Origin: Camelus dromedarius
Taxonomy: Eukaryota
NCBI RefSeq assembly: GCF_036321535.1
Contig: NC_087437.1
Span: 36,024,001-36,088,000 of the forward strand
Length of the DNA: 64,000 bases
Direction of reading: 5' to 3'
How positions within the stretch are numbered: position 1 is the first letter of the stretch; the number at the start of each line of letters is the position of its first letter. The translations under genes and the position numbers were made by a program. Of this stretch, positions 13,331 through 24,924 are shown one piece after another. The notes under the pieces are model-generated. The model did no database searches. It was given only the letters and a program-made list of their open reading frames with translations, and was not told the origin of the DNA.

Positions 13331-14796
13331 CAATTAAATGCCAGCAAAATAGTGAGTTGTAAGAAGAAAGGATTGTCCCTAGTTTGTCTCTTCTTATTTC
13401 ATTGCTATTTGCTCCAGGTTCATTATCTTCAAAACCATCCAATTTATTTTTGTACCACAAGCAAAATTTCATTAGAATAAGTGATACAACGAACAACATG
13501 GCCATATAGGAATGTTTTTTACTTGTATGATAAGCTCACAGTACATACTCTAAAACTCATAATCCTGTATAAGTAATGCTCTCTGATGTCTGAGAAAAGC
13601 GATTTTAAAGAGAAGCAGTTGTTTTTATGTTCCATGAATGTCTGAATGCATAGTCAGGGATTGGCATATCTTGAGACTTAAATAGACTTTGTTCAGTTAC
13701 TTTCTGCAGGATAAAAAACCAAGTTCAGGCATTTTAAATGATCTTTGCTTTCTGGAAAAAGCAGCTTCTTGGCTTAGAATCCAGTTAGTCAAGCAAGAGT
13801 TACATCTATGGGAAATGACAAAAACAGACTGTAGTACAATAGGTGACACGTAGTCTAAGATGATTTCACAGTGTGTTCCAATAGCTAGAATATCCACAGA
13901 CTAGGACTTTATAAGGTGCAATATTTGGAAATCACGAAGCAAACAGTCTGCATTAAAGAGGCTTATGAGACTGTGTAAAAAGCATTAAACCCAAGAGAAA
14001 TACTTAAGAAATACTCAAGAACAGGGCCCTAATCCACTTAAGAAGAACGCATGAGAACATGACCAAGTCCTAGGAATGGGGAGACATAGACAGTTTACCA
14101 GATCACTTATAAAGCTGTTGACCAAATAATTGGTGGCAAAGCTGTAAAACATTTAGTCCTCAGGACATGGAGAAACCTGTTTCTCAAAAAGGTGCACAGA
14201 TTGAGATATGATAGGATTCTGAGCCACAGAATTCAGACTTCACACTGACTATGTGCTTAGATTCATTCTAAGGTCTCCAGGTAGAACATGCAGGAAAGGA
14301 GCAATTTGTTCCAGCTTTCAGGAGGAGAGGTTAGGAATTAGGTTGGTAAAAAAAGGGACTTATATTTTAACAAGTCAAATCAAACTAACAAAATAATCCT
14401 GAGATATTGTAGTACAGAAAAGTTCAAGGATGGGCATCACTTTCCTTTTATCCAACTTGGAACTTTGAATATTGTGCATTCTTTTGTGATTTAGTCCCAC
14501 CAAACTTTGTCTACATAAGTCATAACTTAAGCAATAGCACATTTGTAGGATTAGATTTATAAGTATTTTTCTGTTTTAATTTGTGTTTAAATGTCAAGGC
14601 TTCTATCAGCTCCTCTATTATTTAAATAGTAAGAAACATATTTAATTCTAACAATTACCAAAAGTTAACATTCCCAGAGAACTTCAAAATATTCTTCATA
14701 ATGATCCATCTCTGAAATGAATATAATTTTAGTAAACAATGTTTTTTCTTTTCTGGTTACATTTCAAGTCCATTTTGGTTTTTGTTTGTGTTTCAG

Positions 14797-14858
14797 AAAT
14801 GGCATCTAAAGGAATAATTTGGGACATGTATAAAGTGGAGGAATTCAAACAGTTGTAG
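14797..14858 (+). CDS. Candidate terminal coding exon (EMASKGIIWDMYKVEEFKQL*)
   Basis: Strong acceptor ttttggtttttgtttgtgtttcAG, open frame to TAG at 14856-14858, phase-compatible with exon 6632-6673, AATAAA at 15012-15017. Confidence 0.5.
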
Positions 14859-15011
14859 AAAGTGATAAAAATGCTAGAGTTTTGTACTCCTAGTTTTTAT
14901 GCTTGTTTCTTTATTTCATACCATGGGAAATTAATTTTGCCATAACAAATTGAATGTTTTATTTGTTTTATGCATATTGAACTTAATTTTGTCTTTGAAT
15001 AGATTGTTCTT

Positions 15012-15017
15012 AATAAA
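15012..15017 (+). terminator. Candidate polyadenylation signal AATAAA
   Basis: About 155 nt downstream of the candidate stop codon; the hexamer is common in AT-rich DNA. Confidence 0.35.
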
Positions 15018-16444
15018 AAGAAAAGTTCATTTAAATTTCTAAGAGAAAACATTTTTAAAGAGAAAAAATTGGATTGCTTCTGATTAAAAAATACATTTCA
15101 TTTAAAATGATTCGTGTTATTTCAGGTGTGGTCATAGTAACATTTCATTTTTCACATGTTGAGGAAAATGTACACAAATGATTACTAGATCTTCATCTGA
15201 CCTAATAATCTGACCTCAGACACAATAGCCTGACATACAAGAACCAATTAATAAGATGGCAACAGAGATTGAAATTTTGAAAATGCTTCTATTTTTACAT
15301 AGATTTTTTAAATTGCCAGTGTTCAATTGGCCAATAAATGTTTCTAAAGTGACACCTCCTCCAGGAAAAAAATAAGCACATGAGTTAAAATAAGACACAT
15401 TTGACTAAATAGCCCTGTTCTTTTTGCAGCTTTACAGGTTCCATTACTCCATAAATATTTCTGAAAATATCTTCAGTTCTAGCGATTGGGTCCCTTAACA
15501 TCAGTTGCCTGCTCATGCAGCATAACACCCTGGTTTATAGCTTGGATCTCTGTGTGCACTTAGGAAGCTGATAAGTGGAAATATTGCCTCACTTCTCAGA
15601 GTGACAATGGGCAAAGGGGCCTGAGTGGGAAAGGCAACAGATGTTGAGGTTGCCCCGGTGCAGATTCAAACCCTCTGGCTTTCCGCTCCAGCCTAGGCCT
15701 GGGCACAGATATTAAATGAACCCTCTCTACCCTGTCCTTTTGCATTACTGCCAACATTTCTTAAAATTCAAGATTTTTCCGTTTTTTTTCTTTATATCAT
15801 TTTTTGTTTTGCTGAAATAAATCCTCTTTGAAAAATATTTCCTTTCAGAAACTGCATATGTTAAGTAAACTTTTGAATGCTAGCTTGTCTGAAAAATTTC
15901 TTAATTGGTTGAGTTTGGCTGCATATAAAATTCTGTGTTTGGAATTACTTTTCCATATAACTTTAAAGGCATCGTTCAGTTTTCTTCTAGCATTCTGCAT
16001 CATTAGAGATAAATTTGATTTGTATCCTTTTGTGGGTGAAGTGCATTTGTCTCTCACATCACATACTGAGATCATAAGCATGTACCTCTGTTTAATTTTT
16101 TCCATAAGTGTGTTCAAGGTTTGAGAGTGTCTATATATTTCTGTATTGTGGTAAGATTATTAAGAAGAATTTAAAACATTCTACCCTCTTTTCTAAATTA
16201 TCGCTTTTTATTTTCATTTCAGTAATCCTAGTTATTTATTTTGGTACTCGTGTTGTGTGTGTGCTTTAAATATCTACTGATTTTTGCTCATTTTTAGCAA
16301 GATAGATAGCTGGTATGAGTATTTTCTGCCATTTTATAAATCATTCTGTTTCTAAAGTAGACCTTATTTCTAAACGGAAAGTCTGATATGAACTTGTGGC
16401 TGGTTGCCACCCCCACAACTGGTTGCTCCCCTCAACTGCCCCAC

Positions 16445-16447
<3 letters not shown>

Positions 16448-16509
<62 letters not shown>

Positions 16510-16514
16510 ACACA
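16448..16514. repeat. (CA)n microsatellite
   Basis: About 28 perfect AC units followed by degenerate units. Confidence 0.98.
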
Positions 16515-16544
16515 TGCACGCACGTACACTCTCACATACAGTCT

Positions 16545-16770
16545 GTATTCCTTCTGCCCTGCTTTGTGTTTTCCATACTACTCACCCATATAACATAGTA
16601 TACAGTGTATCTATCTCTTTGTGTGTTTATTGGCTTTCCCTCCCATCCTCCTCTAGCATGGACCCTCCAGGATTCCTGGGATTTTTGTCTGTTTGATTCA
16701 CCTCCGGATCCCTGTTACCTAGAAGACTACCTGAATAGATATTTGTAGAAAGACTGAATAAATGAATGGC
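16545..16770 (+). mobile_element. LINE-2 3' end
   Basis: tttgtctgtttgattcacc...cctagaagactacctg...atatttgtagaaagactgaataaatgaatg. Confidence 0.7.
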
Positions 16771-18229
16771 CAGTAATCAGGCACCCTCATCCTCTGTGCA
16801 AGAGCATGGAGAGGAACTCTATGGAGTATCAATACTTGGAAAGTGTCCCTGACCTCTCCCAGCATCTTTTTCAATTGTCAAGGCCAAACAGCAACTGATT
16901 TTGCCTGGAAGTAAGTTCCATGCATGAGTAGACAGAGGTCAAGCAGCAGAGCTAATCCACAGACATTCCGTAGAAGAAAATTGCTGCAGGTTCCTGTCCC
17001 ACATTCTTAACCTACCCTCTGTCCTCACTGATTCCTTATTTGTAACCATTTCATTTCTCAGCCAAAGAATAACTCCTATCTCTGCTTCCAGTGTCTTCTG
17101 AGACTGTGGCTTCTGTTTGTTACTGTTACTGGAACTCACCATCATCCCTGTTTTTCTGTTCACTTTTCTCGCATTCTTCTTGTTGTGTATGTCTGATGGT
17201 TTTTGTCGTCCTTCCCTTTATGGATGTTTAAGGGGTAGAGGAGACCAATCCACAGGCTTTGCATGCTGTTTGACCTGGAAGCCCAGTGTTTGTTTGTTGG
17301 TTAATTGGTTAGATTTTAGCCCTTCAAGTTGGTCTAAAGGAGGCAATTATATACACAAATACCAAGTATGACTCCTTTTAAGCATTTCTGTAAGCTTTTT
17401 GTAAGCAAGCTTTGTAACCTTATACAGCCTGAGGGGGGATAAATGACCATAACTAAATCATTGAATTAAGAATATATCTTGCAATGTGTTCTTTTTCATG
17501 TATTCATAGGATTTTACTAGTGACATACATTGCTGTGTATCAGTCCCCTAAAGAAATGGACTAAGGAGTTTTATATTAAGGCAGAATAATATACCTAGTC
17601 TGGGAGTAGTTCAGGAGAGACACTATTTCACAAATGCTGGCCTGCTTTTGAAGATATGGGATATTCAATCATATTCAATCATAAAATATTTTCTGTTACC
17701 AAGCTCTGTCAGTAAAAAACAAGTTGAGAGAAAGAAAAAAGAGATAAAAGAGAGTCCCACATTTTGCTTTCTTTTTATGTCTAATTTAACAAGAAGGCAT
17801 AACATAGTCAAGTCCTAATATCCTTCAGACACAACTCAGAGCAGGGCATAAGAAAAATCATTATTCAAGTCATGAAAAATTCATTTATGCTGACCTGTGT
17901 TTTTTTTTAAATAGAGGCTTCTAAAAGAATTCTGTTTCTCTTAAGCACATCTTGATTCCTTTCTTTCACTGTGCCAAAAATAAAAGTTGAAAGGTGATAG
18001 CATCTTCTATTGACAGGTGTCTTACTGGTTCATATTTAATATTTTCTTCATTTTGGGGAGTTTGTTTTTTCAATCTATCACTCAGAAGGAGTCAAGGATG
18101 GTTTAGAGAGTGATTTCAAGTGAGCCTCTGAACTTTTTGATATATTAAGAGAAAATACTTGATTTGCTCCTAATGATAAAAGATAAAGGTTACTTATTGC
18201 ACTCAACAACATGTTAATGAAATTTCATC

Positions 18230-18390
18230 ATCCTAATGAAATATGCTAGTGTTTATTATACACATTGCATAGAAAAGGAAAATAACATTTAGAGAAGGGT
18301 TCAGTAATTTTTCAAATGTCATATACCTTGTAAGTTGAAGATCTGGAATTTGAGCACTGCTGGGTTTGACTCCAAAGTAATTGTTCTACA
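18230..18390 (-). mobile_element. MIR remnant
   Basis: Degenerate MIR core ending ggaatttgagcactgctgggtttgactccaaag. Confidence 0.55.
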
Positions 18391-19134
18391 TCGTCGTAAC
18401 TTCAGTATCCTGATACAACAAATTTTCACAGTCTCCGGGTATGAGAAGTTATGTTATCTCTCAAGATCTGAGGGAGTGACTGAGAGAGAACAGTGTGTGA
18501 GGGGGATGTTAGTCCTTTCACTTGTATGTCCTGATACAGACCCTACAAGTGATATTGACAGAATTGTTCAATAGTCCCATTTCTAAATGTTGCTGTTAGA
18601 AATCTCAGTATTGTTACAAGCTATGCTGTTTTTCATATCTAAAAAAATTTTCTTCCTGTTAAACTATTGGCTAATCAACTTTACTTATTCTTTCTTCAAA
18701 GCTCTAGAAAATTATTTCTTTAATTAAAATTGAGGACTAGATGTTTCAAAATCAGGACTTCTCATAATGATTAATAAGTGTCGCATATGTTTACATGCTA
18801 TTCAGTTCACAACATTTTCATTTTTAAAAATAGAGATGATAGTGAGTTTCTAGTAGGAACATGAGTGAAACATTTTGGCTGGCATCCCAAATTTTAGTTG
18901 TAGAAAGTTTTTTGCTCATTCTAAAGTTATGCATTTTATTTTTATGAAAAATAAAAATAACATAGCCTATACATTTTTTATTTTTCTGTCAGTAATCACA
19001 GTGACAGGCATCTGATAACGTTGTAACAGTGATCTCTGAGTTCTCTTTTCCTCCACCTCTCCTTCCTTGAATCCTCAGTTGTTGGTTTTCTTAATGTTCA
19101 GTGTATAAGCCATGGCATATTCCTCCAAGACAGT

Positions 19135-19320
19135 ACATAGTAATGAGAAGGGCATTAGGCTAGGAATGAGAATGATGGGCTCTTAGCTAGACTCTGCCTC
19201 AAAATAATGGAGTATATAAAATGGTAATTAAAAAGAATCCATGTCAAAGGATTGCTATGAGGATTAAAAGAGATAAAAATGTTGAGCCTAGCATATAGGA
19301 AACATCAAATAAGTGATAGT
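19135..19320 (+). mobile_element. MIR remnant
   Basis: aaaatggtaattaaaaag...ggattgctatgaggattaaaagagataa...cctagcatatagga. Confidence 0.6.
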
Positions 19321-19812
19321 TTTTTGCTTTCTTAATTAAGTAGGCTTAATTAGCAAATAGTCATTACAAAAGGATTCTATGTTTATCAAACACAACAAAC
19401 AAAAGAAAAGCAAAGGGTAAATGATTTTCCTTTGAATCTTGAACTTGCTGCCACACGTGGAATGCTTTATTTAATAGAGTATTTACATCAAAGCTTTTAG
19501 AATTGTGGCAGTGGCCCAAAGTCAGATTCACTGAAACTTTGAAATAATCTTAGAAAATAGTAAAATTAATTGCAATTAACACCATGAGCTTATTGGGCTT
19601 GGAGCAGTTTTCTACTCTGATATTCTGTTTCTATTTCCTCAACCCCCTATTAATACCTTATTCCCTTCTAATCTGACTTCTGCCCACAAAAGCCCCACTG
19701 AAATCTTAACTCCAAGTTTACTACTAACCTCACAGTTGCTGAATCTGAGGGATAAGTTTCGCTGCTGTTATTTGATCTCTGAGTGTTGAAAGTGGCAGTC
19801 TGCCATAGGCCT

Positions 19813-20189
19813 TGTTATGGACTCAACTGCATCTCCTCCCGATGAATATGTTTATGCCCTAATCCCAGTGTGTTAGTATTTGGATATGAACCCTTTAGGA
19901 AGTAATTACAGTTAGAAGAGGCCATGAGAGTGGAGCCCACATGATGGATTCACATCCTTAAAAAAGAGACACTATAGAACTTGTTCCCTCTCTCTCCCTC
20001 CCTCTCCCTTTCTCCCTTTCCCTTTCTCTCCTTGTCTGTCTCCACCAACACCCCAACACCCTCCCTGCCTGCCCACCCCCATATGAGAACACAGCAAGAA
20101 GAGAGCTGTTTGCAATCCAGGAAGAGAGGCCTCACCAAACCCAACCCTGCTTGCCCCAGTCTCAGACTTTCAGCCTCCAAAATTGTGAG
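19813..20189 (+). mobile_element. MaLR LTR (MLT1A-like)
   Basis: tgttatggactcaactg...ccctaatcccagtgtgttagtatttgga...cagcctccaaaattgtgag. Confidence 0.8.
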
Positions 20190-20199
20190 TTGCTAGAAA

Positions 20200-20804
20200 T
20201 GTTGCGGAAAAATGTGTTACAGCTTGGTGTTACAGCTCAGTTGTGACAGCAACCTGGATCCGGGCGAGAGACCAAGCAGCACTCAGAGAGTTGGAGAACT
20301 CAGGTTTATCACGCCAGCGGGCCCAGACAAGTTAACACTTCAAGCTCTGGACCCTGTCTGTAGGTTTACATAGGCCTTTTATAGGCTGCCAGTTTTACAC
20401 TTTGCAACATCATATGCAGATAAAGTAAAACAGAAGTTGACCAACCAGGAACAAGCTTTGTAGAAATCAATCAGGAGTGAGCTCCATGCAAATGAAGTAC
20501 TACAAATGGACCAATGAGAAGTTAGGCAAGTGGACCAATCAGAAGTGAGAGTAATAACCAATCAGAAGTGAGATTAATAACCAATCAGGAGTGAGAGTAA
20601 TAAGCAATCAGGAGTGAAGGAAATAACCAATCAGAAATGAGCTCAGGGAACCAATAGAATTCTAGGTGTAAGTTAGCTGCTTTAGAAGCAAAAAGTGAGA
20701 TAGAGCCTCTGGGCCAGGCTGCAGGGTGCAAGGAGCTGGAGCAGGTCGGAGCAGTGGCCCTGCCTAGGGGTCCTGCCGGTCTTTTTATGGGGCTTCCCGC
20801 CTCA
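20200..20804 (-). mobile_element. ERV solo LTR with a tandem CCAAT array
   Basis: TG...CA termini, minus-strand TATAAAA at 20377-20383, and a 23-24 bp repeat of aaccaatcagRagtgag. Retained CpGs suggest relative youth. Confidence 0.8.
20509..20660. repeat. 23-24 bp tandem repeat carrying CCAAT boxes
   Basis: CCAAT at 20511, 20535, 20558, 20581, 20627 and 20651, with variant GCAAT at 20604. Confidence 0.92.
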
Positions 20805-21115
20805 AAACCACCCTGTCTGTCATGGCCATGAGTGCCTCTGCATGTTCTTGATAACAGTGCAAGGCTCTGACACACTTCTCTGGACCTTTGTCAGTGTCCT
20901 ACGCTTGCAGCACGTAACCTTCAGAGATGAGATTCTTTTTTCTTCTGGGACAAAGAATAGGATTGCTTATCTTTGCTATACAGCTGATGGTTCCCCAAAC
21001 TTCAAGTCCCTCGGCTGTAATGCAAAACCACTGCATAGGCAACATCCTTCTGCCTCTGTTAGCATCATTGCAGTGGGACTTCAGGGGAAAGAGAGCTGAT
21101 CCATATCCTGATGCC
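20805..21115 (+). mobile_element. ERVL LTR remnant (LTR40-like)
   Basis: ctgtaatgcaaaaccactgcataggcaacatcc...gtgggacttcaggggaaagagagctgat resembles my recollection of the LTR40 consensus. Confidence 0.6.
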
Positions 21116-21148
21116 AAGAGCATAGTATCTTGCCTAGCAGCATATTAG

Positions 21149-21706
21149 TGTTACCCTAAAAGGGGAAGGGAAAAGACCCCAGTTCTTGTCATACCCCAAA
21201 GATAAGATTTCAGATGGTAGACAGAACATTGTATAGTGAAAGATTTTTAAAGAATTTATTAGCAAAGGAAAAGTATACCTCCAAGAATGGGAAGCGAGCT
21301 GATCCAAGGGAGGAAAAGCCACGACCTTTGTGTGCCCCTTCTCTTACACCCCCGCTTAGAGGAGGTCTTTTGATTGATTGACAGCTCTTGCCCCTGGAAT
21401 GCTTAGTCATGTTTGTCCCCTTTGTGCATGTCCTTACCCATGATGCGTACAGGAAAACCCATGGGAATGGGGCCTAAACCACACAATGTTAATTATATTA
21501 CAATGAGCATTGGGTCATGTCCAGTTAGGTCCTTCTCACTACCATGCACTTGCAGCTCTTGGGTTCTAACTGGTTTCTTGCTGGCACTCATTTAGAGGAA
21601 CTAAAGCCCCTTTATGCTTGAGGTGGGCATACCGCCATCTTCCTGACCATCTTTGCTTTGGTCCACCTTATCAGCCTGGTGCGCCCACTTATCTAACTAC
21701 CTAACA
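21149..21706 (-). mobile_element. ERV1-type solo LTR, same family as 9200
   Basis: TGTTA...TAACA termini, minus-strand AATAAA (tttatt near 21255), shared blocks such as gaggaggtcttttgattgattgacagctcttgcccctgga. TSD not intact. Confidence 0.88.
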
Positions 21707-21992
21707 CGAGGACTGGACTTAACTCCCATATAATTGGAGAATGTCCCTGATACATTTCCCATTCTCCCTTTTGTTCAGCACACCCAGGATCATTTCCACC
21801 TTTGCTTTCCCAGTAACTGCCAAAATGTGTTCAGTAGGTCCAGCAGCTACTTTATTGTCCAATACCTTTCTTTCTTCAGTAGAGCCTGCGCTTCCCCAGG
21901 GAATCTGCAAAACAACTCTTAAAATTAAGTGAATTCAGCAAGGTCACAGGATACAAGGTTAATATACAAAAGTTAATTGTAATCTAATATAC

Positions 21993-22110
21993 AAGGGGTC
22001 AGTAAACTTGCTTACAAAGCACCATATAGCAAATATTTCAGGCTTAGCAGGCCTACGTCACATACTCAGCTTTGCAGCTGTAACATGAAAGCGGATGTAG
22101 ACAGTGCACA
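21993..22110. mobile_element. MER58A-like hAT fragment
   Basis: aggggtcagtaaactt...aaatatttcaggcttagcaggcc...tactcagctttgc. Confidence 0.7.
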
Positions 22111-22548
22111 AATGATTAGTGATGTTGAGCATCTTCTCATGTACCTGCTGGCCATCTGTATGTCTTGTTTGGAGAAATACCTATTCAAGTCTTTTGCCCA
22201 TGTTTATTGTTGTATTATTCACAATGGCTAAGTTATGTGTGATTCCACCTATATGGAATCTAAAGTAGTCAAACTCATAGAAACAGAGGTACTAAATGAG
22301 GTACTAAATACGAGGTAGTAAAATAGTAAAACTTACAGAAACAGAACAGTGGTTTACAGGCTGGGTGGGGAGAGGGAAACAGGGAGTCATTGTTCAACAG
22401 TATAAGGTTTCAACTACGCAAGGTAAGTTCTCAGGTTCTGCTCAACAGCATTGTGCCTATAGTTGATATTACTGTATTGCACACTTCAAATCTGTTAAGA
22501 AGGCAGAGTTCATATTAAGTGTTCTTACCACAATTAGAAAGAAAAAAA
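22111..22548. mobile_element. L1 fragments: minus-strand piece (22111-22205) abutting a plus-strand 3' end (22200-22548)
   Basis: atgattagtgatgttgagcatcttctcatg is antisense L1. aagtagtcaaactcatagaaacagag...aagtgttcttaccacaa plus an A tail is a sense 3' end. Confidence 0.75.
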
Positions 22549-22549
22549 C

Positions 22550-24760
22550 CAGCTTGTATATAGTTGGTACTACTTCCTCCTTATGTGTTTGAAATTGACA
22601 ATGAAGGCACATGGGACTGGAAGATTTCTTTTTTTTAATGCAAAGCTGTGTAATTAAAAATTCAATTTCTGTAATAAATATAAGACTATTCATGGTATCT
22701 ATTTCTTCTTGAGTAAATTTTGTTAGCTTATAAATGTTAAAAAACAAGTTTGTCCATTTTATCTGCCATCAGATATATCATCATAAAGTTGCTCAAAATA
22801 ATTTATTTGCCTTTCAAGGCTACAGGATTTGGTGTTATAAATTTAATGCCTAATATTGGTGATTTGCCTTAAATATTTTCTTCTGGGTTAGTCTAGGTAG
22901 AAATTTATCAGTTTCTTAATGTACTCTTCGCTTTATTAAATCCTTTTTCCACTTAGTGTGTCTTAAACCTGCTCTTTTTGTTTTCCTTAGCTACATAAAG
23001 CTAATCCTGAGGACACTGGTTTTTAGATCTTACTTTATTTCTAATATATTTAAATATAATTCTATAGTTTTGCTCTATATAGTCATACGTATTTTAAAGA
23101 TTTTAAAGGAAAATTTGTCTTTATTTACTTTTGTGTGTGTATACCATATACAACACATTGCATTCATTTTTGAGGATCTGAAATTCTCTATAATAGCTGA
23201 ACCTCTTAAATCTTTAAACTTTGCTCTTCAACCATATTTAGGATAAATTTTTGGCCTCAACAAAAATTGTTGTCAAATAATTTACTCTTCTTCTAATATT
23301 TTAATTTCACATATAAAAGACATTTTGAAATTGTCTCACAGGTACTTGGGGCTTTGTTCTTCATTTAAAATCATTCTGTCTGCCCCTCAAATTAATTCAT
23401 TTTTTTCCAATTATTCCATCACATTTCACTGACAACCTTTTTCTTTCCTCTCCAATTTGTAATTAAATTACAATTGCTCAGTATATTTTTATATTACAAA
23501 TTGTATTTTCACTAAACATTTTCAATCTTGTTATTTTATTATATTTATAATTCTTTGCTATTATTCCTCATTTTATTTATTAAGAGCATATATCTTTACT
23601 TCATTGACCAGAATTTTAATAGCTGCTTTAGAGTCATTGTCTGATAATTCCAATATCTGTGTCATCTTGAGATTGATGTGTATTGATTTTCTCCTTTGGA
23701 AATAGGTCATATTTTCTTGGCTGTTAATATGTCAAATAATTTTGGATTAATGCTGGACATTTTGAATGTTATGTTGTAAATGCTACTGAGTCCAAACTTG
23801 TTCTGCTTGCTGCACTACAGGCCGATATGTCAGGAGACAAGGTTTTAGGCCAAGAAATAACTACTTTATTTGAAAAGCCAGCAGACCAAGAAGATGGTGG
23901 ACTAATATCCTAGAGAACCATAACCCAAATCAGAATTCAGGCTCTTTTTATACTAAAAAGGGGAGGGAGTGTGGTGGGTTGTTGCAAACTTCTTGGTGTC
24001 AGAATCCTTTGTTTTTGCCCCTGTCCACCTGGGTCAAATCAAGATGTTCCTGTAAACCTCCACCAGGACAACTGTTATTCTCTGTTCTGCAAATTTTTAT
24101 CTCTTTGTGAATGAAAAAGTGTTATACCCTTAAAGATCAGAGCCTAGAGAATGGGCTATCCTGTATATTTCAGGCTACAGGCAACATTCTTTTACAAAAG
24201 ATGCAGAACCAGCATGACTAAGTACAGGAAACATAGCACAGGGTTAGAGTCAGATTTGTTCTTTCCTTTTACATAAACACTGAATTTTTTTTATATTATT
24301 ACAGAGTTTTAGCAGGTAACTAACTTGGTTAGGCTCAAATAAACACTGTAATCGATATACAAGCTATAAGCAGTTGGCCCCATGTATGTTTGTTTCAGTA
24401 TTTTGCCAGAGACTTGTGGGGTTTTTTTATGTACACATATTTAAGGAATCTCCTTCTCTGGCTTTCTCCTTTCTCCTTTCCTTAGTCTCCAGGCACCCAG
24501 ATTTTTTGAGCTCCTCCTTCTGTTTCCTTTGTCCAAAAAGATGAAAGATTTTCTACCAGTGTTTAAACTGCTTATGCCACCACTAAGTACAAAAATGACC
24601 TTGTTCCAAATCTCATTTCCACTCCAAAATCTTCCTTCTTTTGTTCAAAGACCTTGGATAGTTTCTATTTTAAAAAATGATTCCAGAATTTATAAGTTAT
24701 TTGTGGGAGAATCAGTGTTTTAGAAACTCACTCCTTCATACCAGAAGCAGAAATTCACTT
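22550..24760 (-). mobile_element. Highly degraded old L1M pieces, interrupted by an LTR
   Basis: Minus-strand ORF 22469-22747 includes TQEEIDTMNSLI...EIE (L1 ORF2-like); gtctgataattccaatatctg is a 5'-region L1M motif. Confidence 0.6.
23781..24273 (-). mobile_element. ERV1-type solo LTR
   Basis: TG...CA termini, 4-bp TSD taaa (23777-23780 and 24274-24277), minus-strand AATAAA and TATA motifs. Confidence 0.85.
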
Positions 24761-24924
24761 AGTTATAATTAATAGCATAAGGATTTAGATCTTTCATTTT
24801 ATCCCAAGAAATACTCTCTTTCCTAGTATGGAAATAGCAGATGGAACACTAAGAGTTTGAAATTTATAGACCTTGTATACAATAAACTGCAGTTTTACTG
24901 CTAGAAGATGAAATGGATTGAATG

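Noticed and set aside
13245..13505. 86-aa minus-strand ORF with a hydrophobic N-terminus
   Set aside because: Its end and apparent splice donor fall in an LTR remnant, there is an in-frame stop shortly upstream, and I recognise no homology.
16341..16696. His/Thr and Cys/Val repeat ORFs
   Set aside because: These are translations of the (CA)n microsatellite.
20509..20660. CRISPR-like repeat array
   Set aside because: Eukaryotic DNA, no unique spacers of CRISPR length and no cas genes; it is an LTR tandem repeat.
9200..21706. LTRs at 9200 and 21149 as the two ends of one provirus
   Set aside because: The 9200 LTR has its own TSD, the copies are visibly diverged, and no gag/pol/env sequence lies between them.
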